This document shows positions 22,441 to 32,596 of a DNA stretch of 34,880 nucleotides, piece by piece; positions within the stretch are counted from its first letter, which is position 1; the number at the start of each line of letters is the position of its first letter. The notes below the pieces were generated by a model, which worked only from the letters and a program-made list of their open reading frames with translations, did not search any database and was not told the DNA's origin. The position numbers and the translations under genes are program-made. This DNA comes from Nemertoderma westbladi (taxonomy: Eukaryota > Animalia > Xenacoelomorpha), in NCBI GenBank assembly GCA_032718475.1, contig JAUCBJ010007023.1, positions 1-34,880 of the forward strand. The letters run 5' to 3'.

Positions 22441-22838
22441 GATAGCACAGGGGTAGCATTAGAGATTAAAGCCTTAGGGAGTGACAAGAGAGTGGAGAGG
22501 TAATAGTGCGGAGTGCGAAGAGAGCGTGGGCGCAATTCAAGTGTGGGGGAGGAGAAGTGAGAGGAAGAGTGTGGGACGAGGAGGTCCGGGGGTGTGCGAG
22601 AGTTGGAGTAGAGTGGTGAGAGTGTTGGGGAAACAAAAATTGTGTGAGAGAAGCGCACGATCGGCCCGACACGAGACGCCAGAGGGTAGTGACATCATAC
22701 CCATAGGGAGCGGCCTGGAAAGCCGACTCCGAAAAAATATACCCACCCCACACCCGATGCTAGATCGGGATCCAGCGGAATTGTAGCGCACTTGAGTTGG
22801 ATGCTATCTTCTTACCGGGAAGATAGCATGGGGGGGAG

Positions 22839-23396
22839 TGTTAGCTTATCCAATTCCGCTAACACAAACCCATAGAGTGAGCCATAAAGCAATATTGGGA
22901 GCACGAGGTTGATTACCAATCAACCTCGTGTCAGCCCAGTAAACGGGGACAATAGGCCCCAAAGGAGACACACACAATAAGGGTCAGGGGTTACTCCCCT
23001 GACAAGAGAGAGAACAGCAAGGGCGAAGGGAAGCACTTCAGAGGGGGGCAAAGGGTGCCAACAGGGGTATCAAACAATCAGAGGGGGGAAAGGCATCGAT
23101 TGAGTAGCAATAAGGCCACCGTGCAATATATTACCGGTCGTGCTATCCATTCACTTCAGTTATCTCAGTCTGTCACTACAGTCACGGTAGTACGGTGACA
23201 ATTTAGACCATCACCGCCGTCACCAATCACATATCATTCAGTATACCGGTTAACTGTGCTATCTACTATCACTCTGTATTATATATATATCAGTCCATAA
23301 TAACGACACTGGAACAACAACTCTTTTCATTCACACGGCGGGGACGCGTACATAAGCGACACCGGATAAACCGGGATCCTCTCGGATCCCGTCACA
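22839..23396 (+). repeat. 3' LTR
   Basis: Direct copy of 16709-17266, preceded by the PPT and followed by TSD AAAGT. Confidence 0.97.
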
Positions 23397-23401
23397 AAAG
23401 T

Positions 23402-23600
23402 CGCCTCTGCTTTGTAGGACCAGCCAGTAATCTTGTGCTTTGGCAGCCTCACGGAGTGAATAACCATGGTGGACAGCCCATGACTTTCTTGAGACGCATC
23501 TTAAAGGACACTGGCCTTGAAGATGCGGATGATCTAGCAAATTTCATGGGTGATAGGGAGTTGTGGCGGCGCAATTTTGTCGACAAGCCGGCACAGAAGA
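23402..23600 (+). mobile_element. 3' remainder of the RTE-like LINE
   Basis: LVLWQPHG...GQPMTFLRRILKDTGL...MGDRELWR resembles the RTE-type C-terminus (G-x-P...D-R-x-x-W-R) and resumes directly after the TSD. Confidence 0.78.
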
Positions 23601-23946
23601 TAATAGTGAATACTGGAATAGGCCTACAGATACTGAGATATGGAAATAATGGTAACCTGAACTGATTGGTTGCTGCTTAGAAGCAGCTTTCTCCAACCAC
23701 ATTACTTTGTTTTACAACATGGAATAATGTTAATTGGAAAAGCCACGATCTAAGCACCAGTCAGTACTGCAGTAGGTCGGCCTACTACAGTCCAGTCAGC
23801 TAGTACTAGTCCTGTAGTCATTCTCATTAAACAGCATTGCCGTACCAGTACGAGAGCCAGATTACCGCTAGCGCTACAGCGCTACTGAAAACACAAAGCA
23901 GCAAAGGCAGAAAGGATTCTATTATCTGATTATAAAATACTAAAAT

Positions 23947-25956
23947 ATGTCTCATCAAACTGATAAGAAAATGCCCAAGTTTTCGACGGTAAGAAACAAA
24001 ATGCCGGCGCCGGTGCAAATTACGGCGGAGCAACTTCTAAGGGAGGCGAAAGAGCGCGAATTGGAGATAATTCCCCCGCCCCCGAAACAGAAAGTTCAAG
24101 ACGAAGACGAACTCAAAGATTATAAACTCAAGAAACGTAAAGTTTTCGAAGACATTTTGAGAAAAAATCGCAGTGTTATAACGAACTGGATTAAGTACGC
24201 CCAATGGGAGGACAGTTTGGAGGAAGTTCAGCGGGCTCGTTCGATCTACGAACGGGCGTTGGATGTGGATCATCGGAACATAACGTTGTGGCTGAAATAC
24301 GCAGAACTCGAGATGAAACACAAACAGGTGAACCACGCCCGGAACATATGGGACCGCGCGGTTACCATACTCCCACGAGCCAACCAGTTCTGGTACAAAT
24401 ACACCTACATGGAGGAGTTGCTAGGCAACGTGGTCGGAGCTCGACAGGTGTTCGAGCGCTGGGTGGAGTGGGAGCCGGAGGAGCAGGTCTGGTTCACCTA
24501 CGTCAAGTTCGAGTTGCGATACAACGAGAGGGATAACGCACGACAGGTTTACGAGCGTTTCGTCCGGTGCCATCCGGAGGTCCGGCATTGGATCCGATAC
24601 GCCAAGTTCGAGTCGCAGAACGGCTCGTCCGCCAACGCTCGATCCGTGTACGAACGGGCGGTGGAGTTCTTTGGGGAGGAACATCTCGACGATAAGTTGT
24701 TCGTGAGTTTCGCTAAGTTCGAGGAATCCCAGCGGGAGTACGAACGCGCGCGAGTTATCTATAAGTACGCGTTGGATAAACTCCCCAAGGAGGAGTCTGG
24801 GGCCGTGTTCGCGGCTTACACGAGCTTCGAGAAACGGTTCGGCGATAGGCGAGGCATCGAGGACGTCATCCTGAATAAACGCCGGTTCCAGTACGAGGAA
24901 GAAGTCGCCAACAACCCGCTGAACTACGACGCCTGGTTCGACTACCTCCGTCTGTTGGAGTCGGATTCGGATGCGGACTCAGTGCGGGAAGTCTACGAAC
25001 GCGCCCTCGGGAATCCGCCGCCCGTCCTCGAGAAGCGGATGTGGCGGCGGTACGTCTATCTTTGGATCTACTACGCGGTGTTCGAGGAGTTGTCCGGAGA
25101 GACGGGCCGCGCGCGGGCCGTTTACGCGGCCGCTCTCGCCGCTATTCCGCACGCGCGGTTCACCTTCGCCAAGGTGTGGCTGCTCGCCGCGCAGTTGGAG
25201 GTCCGCGCCAAGCAGCTCCCTGCGGCGCGACGGCTGCTAGGCAACGCGTTGGGTCGCTGTCCCAAAGACAAACTATTTAAGGGCTACATCGACCTGGAGC
25301 TGCAACTCCGGGAGTTCGATCGGTGTCGCGTTCTGTACCAGAAACATCTGGAGTTCAACCCCGAGAACTGCACCACCTGGCTGCGGTTCGCCGAGTTGGA
25401 GGCCTTACTCGGGGATACCGACCGAGCGCGGGCGATCTACGAGTTGGCGACCGCCCAACCTCGGATGGACCTACCGGAGGTCCTCTGGAAGTCCTTCATA
25501 GACTTTGAGATCGAGTTGGAGGAGTGGGAGCGCGCGCGGGGGCTCTACAACAAACTGCTGGAGAGAACGCAACATGTCAAGGTGTGGAAGAGTTACGCGG
25601 CCTTCGAGGCTTCCCACGGCGACCGCGAAGAGGCGCTGCTGCGAGCCCGGGGCGTCTACAAGGAGTCCAACGAGTCCCTCAGACTGGACGGCACCAAGGA
25701 GGACCGGGTCGCCTTACTGGAATCCTGGTTGACCTTCGAGACTCAGCAGGGAGACTCGGATTCAATCGCCGCGGTTAATAAACTAATGGCAAAGAAGGTG
25801 AAGAAGCGACGGAAGATAGTGACCGAGGATGGGAGCGAGGCGGGGTGGGAGGAGTACTTCGATTATATATTCCCGGCAGACGAAGCCGCCCAACCGAACC
25901 TGAAACTCCTAGAGGCCGCCCGGATGTGGAAGAAACATGTAGAACTTCCAACATAA
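23947..25956 (+). CDS. CRNKL1: Crooked neck-like protein 1 (Crn/Clf1/Syf3), HAT-repeat spliceosomal NTC/Prp19-complex factor; single exon
   Basis: 669-aa ORF with the hallmark N-terminus VRNKMPAPVQITAEQLLREAKERE, HAT repeats (RARSIYERALDVDHRNITLWLKYAELEMK) and C-terminus GWEEYFDYIFPADE...NLKLLEAARMWKK. Confidence 0.98.
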   Translation: MSHQTDKKMPKFSTVRNKMPAPVQITAEQLLREAKERELEIIPPPPKQKVQDEDELKDYKLKKRKVFEDILRKNRSVITNWIKYAQWEDSLEEVQRARSIYERALDVDHRNITLWLKYAELEMKHKQVNHARNIWDRAVTILPRANQFWYKYTYMEELLGNVVGARQVFERWVEWEPEEQVWFTYVKFELRYNERDNARQVYERFVRCHPEVRHWIRYAKFESQNGSSANARSVYERAVEFFGEEHLDDKLFVSFAKFEESQREYERARVIYKYALDKLPKEESGAVFAAYTSFEKRFGDRRGIEDVILNKRRFQYEEEVANNPLNYDAWFDYLRLLESDSDADSVREVYERALGNPPPVLEKRMWRRYVYLWIYYAVFEELSGETGRARAVYAAALAAIPHARFTFAKVWLLAAQLEVRAKQLPAARRLLGNALGRCPKDKLFKGYIDLELQLREFDRCRVLYQKHLEFNPENCTTWLRFAELEALLGDTDRARAIYELATAQPRMDLPEVLWKSFIDFEIELEEWERARGLYNKLLERTQHVKVWKSYAAFEASHGDREEALLRARGVYKESNESLRLDGTKEDRVALLESWLTFETQQGDSDSIAAVNKLMAKKVKKRRKIVTEDGSEAGWEEYFDYIFPADEAAQPNLKLLEAARMWKKHVELPT

Positions 25957-26237
25957 CTGAATCCATTCTAACGCGGTCGTTTGTATTTCAGTAATATTTT
26001 TTAATGTAAAATAGTTTTATAAGATGTAATTAGAACATAATATTGCAGTATAATATATAAACTTCTCAACGCAGTAACAATGCCTCCCACCCTGTGTTGT
26101 CTTTGTGATAAAGAATTGGTGCCATTAGTTATTTAACCTAGATTGAATTTCCAGATATGGGAGAACTCTTCACGCAATAAAAATCCATTCCTCTCCAGGG
26201 GAAATTCGACGCAAATAACAGTTGATTACTCTCAAGG

Positions 26238-26397
26238 ATAAAACTATAGCCTGTTCAATTGACTTTAGTTTATTGTTTTGGTTAAAGTAACGTGCCTTTG
26301 GAAACCTGCTCCTTTCCCTTAAATTATTAATTTAAAATTGAGACGAGATATTAATTCGCCGAGATGGGATTTGCGTCCAGTTTCCACCACAGTCTCC
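26238..26397 (+). repeat. ~155-bp dispersed repeat, copy 1 (related to the MULE TIR)
   Basis: Aligns by eye with 29384-29536 and partly with 32904-32970. Shares gtttattgttttggtt and aacctgctccttt with the 13778 MITE TIR. Confidence 0.8.
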
Positions 26398-26471
26398 GAA
26401 TTTCTAACTAATATTTCTCGTAATTTTATTTATTGCCTGTTGACATGTACTGAGGTAAATATTAGGTGTGG

Positions 26472-29248
26472 GGAAGGGTGGATTGTCGTCCCAGCCTAGG
26501 ACCCCCGCACCCTAGGAAGGGTGGATTGTCGTCCCAGCCCCCGCACACTAGGAAGGGTGGATTGTCGTCCCAGCCCAGGACCCCCGCACACTAGGAAGGG
26601 TGGATTGTCGTCCCAGCCCAGAACCCCCGCACACTAGGAAGGGTGGATTGTCGTCCCAGCCCAGGACCGCCGCACACTAGGAAGGGTGGATTGTCGTCCC
26701 AGCCCAGGACCCCCGCACACTAGGAAGGGGGATTGTCGTCCCAGCCCAGGACCCCCGCACACTAGGAAGGGTGGATTGTCGTCCCAGCCCAGGACCCCCG
26801 CACACTAGGAAGGGTGGATTGTCGTCCCAGCCCAGGACCGCCGCACACTAGGAAGGGTGGATTGTCGTCCCAGCCCAGACCCCCGCACACTAGGAAGGGT
26901 GGATTGTCGTCCCAGCCCAGGACCCCCGCACACTAGGAAGGGTGGATTGTCGTCCCAGCCCAGGACCCCCGCACACTAGGAAGGGGGATTGTCGTCCCAG
27001 CCCAGGACCCCCGCACACTAGGAAGGGTGGATTGTCGTCCCAGCCCAGGACCCCCGCACACTAGGAAGGGGGATTGTCGTCCCAGCCCAGGACCCCCGCA
27101 CACTAGGAAGGGTGGATTGTCGTCCTAGCCCAGGACCCCCGCACACTAGGAAGGGTGGATTGTCGTCCCAGCCCAGGACCCCCGCACACTAGGAAGGGTG
27201 GATTGTCGTCCCAGCCCAGGACCCCCGCACACTAGGAAGGGTGGATTGTCGTCCCAGCCCAGGACCCCCGCGCACTAGAAAGGGGGATTGTCGTCCCAGC
27301 CCAGGACCCCCGCACACTAGGAAGGGTGGATTGTCGTCTCAGCCCAGGACCCCCGCACACTAGGAAGGGTGGATTGTCGTCCCAGCCCAGGACCCCCGCA
27401 CACTAGGAAGGGGGATTGTCGTCCCAGCCCAGGACCCCCGCACACTAGGAAGGGTGGATTGTCGTCCCAGCCCAGGACCCCCGCACACTAGGAAGGGTGG
27501 ATTGTGGTCCCAGCCCAGGACCCCCGCACACTAGGAAGGGTGGATTGTCGTCCCAGCCCAGGACCCCCGCACACTAGGAAGGGTGGATTGTCGTCCCAGC
27601 CCAGGACCCCCGCACACTAGGAAGGGGGATTGTCGTCCCAGCCCAGGACCCCCGCACACTAGGAAGGGTGGATAGTCGTCCCAGCCCAGACCCCCGCACA
27701 CTAGGAAGGGTGGATTGTCGTCCCAGCCCAGGACCCCCGCACACTAGGAAGGGTGGATTGTCGTCCCAGCCCAGGACCCCCGCACACTAGGAAGGGGGAT
27801 TGTCGTCCCAGCCCAGGACCCCCGCACACTAGGAAGGGGGATTGTCGTCCCAGCCCAGGACCCCCGCACACTAGGAAGGGTGGATTGTCGTCCCAGCCCA
27901 GGACCCCCGCACACTAGGAAGGGGGATTGTCGTCCCAGCCCAGGACCCCCGCACACTAGGAAGGGGGATTGTCGTCCCAGCCCAGGACCCCCGCACCCTA
28001 GGAAGGGTGGATTGTCGTCCCAGCCCAGGACCCCCGCACACTAGGAAGGGGGATTGTCGTCCCAGCCCAGGACCCACGCACACTAGGAAGGGGGATTTTC
28101 GTCCCAGCCCAGACCCCCGCACACTAGGAAGGGTGGATTGTCGTCCCAGCCCAGGACCGCCGCACACTAGGAAGGGTGGATTGTCGTCCCAGCCCAGGAC
28201 CGCCGCACACTAGGAAGGGTGGATTGTCGTCCCAGCCCAGGACCCCCGCACACTAGGAAGGGGGATTGTCGTCCCAGCCCAGGACCCCCGCACACTAGGA
28301 AGGGTGGATTGTCGTCCCAGCCCAGGACCCCCGCACACTAGGAAGGGTGGATTGTCGTCCCAGCCCAGACCCCCGCACACTAGGAAGGGTGGATTGTCGT
28401 CCCAGCCCAGACCCCCGCACACTAGGAAGGGTGGATTGTCGTCCCAGCCCAGGACCGCCGCACACTAGGAAGGGTGGATTGTCGTCCCAGCCCAGACCCC
28501 CGCACACTAGGAAGGGTGGATTGTCGTCCCAGCCCAGGACCCCCGCACACTAGGAAGGGTGGATTGTCGTCCCAGCCCAGGACCCCCGCACACTAGGAAG
28601 GGGGATTTTCGTCCCAGCCCAGGACCCCCGCACACTAGGAAGGGTGGATTGTCGTCCCAGCCCAGGACCCCCGCACACTAGGAAGGGGGATTGTCGTCCC
28701 AGCCCAGGACCCCCGCACACTAGGAAGGGTGGATTGTCGTCCCAGCCCAGGACCCCCGCGCACTAGAAAGGGGGATTGTCGTCCCAGCCCAGGACCCCCG
28801 CACACTAGGAAGGGTGGATTGTCGTCCCAGCCCAGGACCCCCGCACACTAGGAAGGGGGATTGTCGTCCCAGCCCAGGACCCCCGCACACTAGGAAGGGT
28901 GGATTGTCGTCCTAGCCCAGGACCCCCGCACACTAGGAAGGGTGGATTGTCGTCCCAGCCCAGGACCCCCGCACACTAGGAAGGGTGGATTGTCGTCCCA
29001 GCCCAGGACCCCCGCACACTAGGAAGGGTGGATTGTCGTCCCAGCCCAGGACCCCCGCACACTAGGAAGGGTGGATTGTCGTCCCAGCCCAGACCCCCGC
29101 ACACTAGGAAGGGTGGATTGTCGTCCCAGCCCAGGACCCCCGCACACTAGGAAGGGTGGATTGTCGTCCCAGCCCAGGACCCCCGCACACTAGGAAGGGT
29201 GGATTGTCGTCCCAGCCCAGGACCCCCGCACACTAGGAAGGGGGATTG
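26472..29248. repeat. GC-rich minisatellite, 43/42-bp unit ggaaggg(t)ggattgtcgtcccagcccaggacccccgcacacta, about 65 copies
   Basis: Head-to-tail near-identical units with no spacers. Confidence 0.98.
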
Positions 29249-29383
29249 CTGTACCAGGAGGACCACTGCCTCATTTATCCTTATCTTGGGGGCTCCTAAA
29301 ACTCAATCCGAGTTGGCTCCCTTTATTTTACATTCTCTGAATTTGGTGGTTCTTATTCTCTTTTTACTACTAAAATCTCAAAA

Positions 29384-29536
29384 ATAAAACTAACTTGTTC
29401 TATTGTATTTAGTTTATTGTTTTGGTTAAAATATGTTTTGGTAACCTGCTCCTTTACCTAAATTGATAATTTAACATTGAGGCGGGATATTAATTCGCCA
29501 ACATGAGATTTGCGTCCAGTTTACCCCCCTGTCTCC
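29384..29536 (+). repeat. ~155-bp dispersed repeat, copy 2
   Basis: Direct, diverged copy of 26238-26397. Confidence 0.8.
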
Positions 29537-30229
29537 ATTATCATTGGCGCAACCCAACCCATTCTAGAATTCCAAATCATAAATAATCAGCTAATTATTT
29601 TAAGGGGGTTGGCGCTATCTTAACACAGTCAATGAAATCCAATAGTAACAGGGCAAGGCTTTGTCCAAAATTAATAATTTGAGCTATAAGGGTCAATCGA
29701 TAACTAAAGATTGTTTTAAAAAAAATTGTAATATAGTTATAATAATTTAGTGCTAATTAGTAGTATACAATTATTACTATTACTAAAAACAATACTCTTC
29801 GAACAAACATTAGTTATATAACTAGTTATTTCGTATATATAATTAGGATATACTTTTGAATAAAAGTTTTTGGTCAACATTTTTTGATATTATTGATTAT
29901 TTCCAATTTTATTACCAAATTAATTAATTATTTTCATATTTATTTTCAAAAAATTAGCGTTTCTCACATTTCGAAGCCAATAAAATGAGATAGGATCAAA
30001 TTTTAAAATTCTGACCAAAGCTTTTGAAGACACCAAGCTTGTGATTACTGTGTCCAAATTTCATCAAAAAATATTAAAAATTGGCAGAAGAGTAGCATTT
30101 TTAATTTCGTAAAAATGAAAAAATTCCATTCTGAGATAATTGCCTTTAAAGTTTGAACCTTCCCGCGCATAAAATATCTGTTAATATGTGAGAATGTCTG
30201 TCAATATATATCTAGCAACAAGAAAGCAC

Positions 30230-30680
30230 AAACTCATTCTAAGGTTTTTGCTATGAGGGTTTTCCTGGACGCTGATTTCGTTTCTGAGGTCAATTTTCAC
30301 TTTTAATAAAATCTAGTTTGTTTGTCTGTCGGTCTATCCGACTGTCTGTCTGTCAAATATAAGAAAAAGGCAAACCATCTAGCTAAAAGTTTAGCCATAG
30401 GTGTTTTCCTGGTCTCAGAATTAATTTCGAGTGTCAAATTTAACATTTGATGACTTCCAAATTGTCGGTTTGGGTGTCAGACTGTCGGTTATAATTTGAC
30501 AGACAGAGTGACGGCATACAGACAGAACCGACAATATTGATTAATGACATCAGAAATGAAGTCACCGACAACGAAAACCTATACACGGAATTTTTTAGAA
30601 GGATAGTATGCTATTAATTGAGGGACAGACATACTGACGGACAAACCCGACAGTAAAACGGACCGACAGCCATATCTCGA
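30230..30680. repeat. Degenerate direct and inverted subterminal-type repeats, probably a DNA-transposon remnant
   Basis: ggttttcctgg...atttc...gtcaa motif at ~30258 and ~30400, an inverted relative at ~30540-30590, and tgtctgtc/gacagaca tracts facing each other. Confidence 0.45.
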
Positions 30681-31264
30681 GAAGTAAGACAGATCTTGCT
30701 AAACGGTTTTCAAATTTGGAATCTTGATAAAAATCTGCTCCAGATGAAATAGAACAAAATTATTTGTAAAAAATTATTGAAATAGTTTAATATTTTAATT
30801 TATAAACGAAACATTACGTTTCTAAGAGTGTAAATTTAGGTAGAGTAATGTACCCGGAGTAACCAAATTGATATGGAATTGAAAATGACTCAATATTTAA
30901 TTTATGTTATTGGGAGTGTTTTATAGAATTAAAATCCTTTATGGCCATCTAGAGGTAAACAATCGCACTGAACTAACATTAACGAGTTCATGTTACTACC
31001 GTTTGGTAGTTTTCACATGCACTATATTTAATTCCACGGCTATAAATATATAGTAAATTCAATGCTGTGCTGGCTGCGCTATGGGTTCTATATTTAACGC
31101 CATAGAGGTAGTAAAGTTTTATTCGGCCCGGGATTACTCACACGACATTTCCAGTGGAGTCCCCCCAGAACAATACTCCACAAAAGGAACTGGTTCTCAT
31201 TTAGCTACTATTTAAGGATGCAAGGCAGAGAGATTAGTCCTGGTTAATTAATAGTTAATGTCCG

Positions 31265-32577
31265 TCGTAAAACAGAGACGATACCGTTCTGGTAAGGTAT
31301 ACGGCATTCGTAAAACAGAGACGATACCGTTCTGGTAAGGTATACGGCATTCGTAAAACAGAGACTATACCGTTCTGGTAAGGTATACGGCATTCGTAAG
31401 ACAGAGACGATACCGTTCTGGTAAGGTATACGGCATTCGTAAGACAGAGACTATACCGTTCTGGTAAGGTATACGGCATTCGTAAGACAGAGACGATACC
31501 GTTCTGGTAAGGTATACGGCATTCGTAAAACAGAGACGATACCGTTCTGGTAAGGTATACGGCATTCGTAAGACAGAGACGATACCGTTCTGGTAAGGTA
31601 TACGGCATTCGTAAAACAGAGACGATACCGTTCTGGTAAGGTATACGGCATTCGTAAAACAGAGACTATACCGTTCTGGTAAGGTATACGGCATTCGTAA
31701 AACAGAGACGATACCGTTCTGGTAAGGTATACGGCATTCGTAAGACAGAGACGATACCGTTCTGGTAAGGTATACGGCATTCGTAAAACAGAGACGATAC
31801 CGTTCTGGTAAGGTATACGGCATTCGTAAAACAGAGACTATACCGTTCTGGTAAGGTATACGGCATTCGTAAAACAGAGACGATACCGTTCTGGTAAGGT
31901 ATACGGCATTCGTAAGACAGAGACTATACCGTTCTGGAAAGGTATACGGCATTCGTAAAACAGAGACGATATACCGTTCTGGTAAGGTATACGGCATTCG
32001 TAAGACAGAGACTATATACCGTTCTGGTAAGGTATACGGCATTCGTAAGACCAGAGACGATACCGTTCTGGTAAGGTATATGGCATTATCGTAAAACAGA
32101 GACGATACCGTTCTGGTAAGGTATACGGCATTCGTAAAACAGAGACGATATACCGTTCTGGTAAGGTATACGGCATTCGTAAGACAGAGACTATATACCG
32201 TTCTGGTAAGGTATACGGCATTCGTAAGACAGAGACTATACCATTCTGGTAAGGTATACGGTATTCGTAAAACAGAGACGATACCGTTCTGGTAAGGTAT
32301 ACGGCATTCGTAAGACAGAGACTATACCGTTCTGGTAAGGTATACGGCATTCGTAAGACAGAGACGATACCGTTCTGGTAAGGTATATGGCATTCGTAAA
32401 ACAGAGACGATACCGTTCTGGTAAGGTATACGGCATTCGTAAAGCAGAGACGATATACCGTTCTGGTAAGGTATACGGCATTCGTAAGACAGAGACTATA
32501 TACCGTTCTGGTAAGGTATACGGCATTCGTAAGACAGAGACTATACCGTTCTGGTAAGGTATACGGCATTCGTAAGA
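31265..32577. repeat. Minisatellite, 43-bp unit cgtaa(a/g)acagagac(g/t)ataccgttctggtaaggtatacggcatt, about 30 copies (some 45 bp)
   Basis: Head-to-tail near-identical units with no spacers. Confidence 0.98.
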
Positions 32578-32596
32578 AATCAATGACACAATCTAA

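Larger units (their letters stand above)
16709..23396 (+). mobile_element. Young non-autonomous LTR retrotransposon (BEL/Pao-derived, gag remnant only, 6688 bp) inserted into the LINE
   Basis: Two 558-bp TG...CA LTRs. 5-bp TSD AAAGT at 16704-16708 and 23397-23401. PPT gggggggag at 22830-22838. No protease, RT, RNase H or integrase motifs inside. Confidence 0.96.

Noticed and set aside
24037-25966. Alternative-frame and antisense ORFs over CRNKL1
   Set aside because: Shadow ORFs expected from GC-rich coding sequence.
26472-29248. CRISPR array, or coding ORFs in the 43-bp repeat
   Set aside because: Units are contiguous with no unique spacers and no cas genes, the context is eukaryotic, and the ORFs are repeat translations.
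29600-30150. Kolobok/piggyBac-type element starting at TTAA-GGGGG
   Set aside because: No matching right-hand TIR or TSD was found by eye, and there is no transposase.
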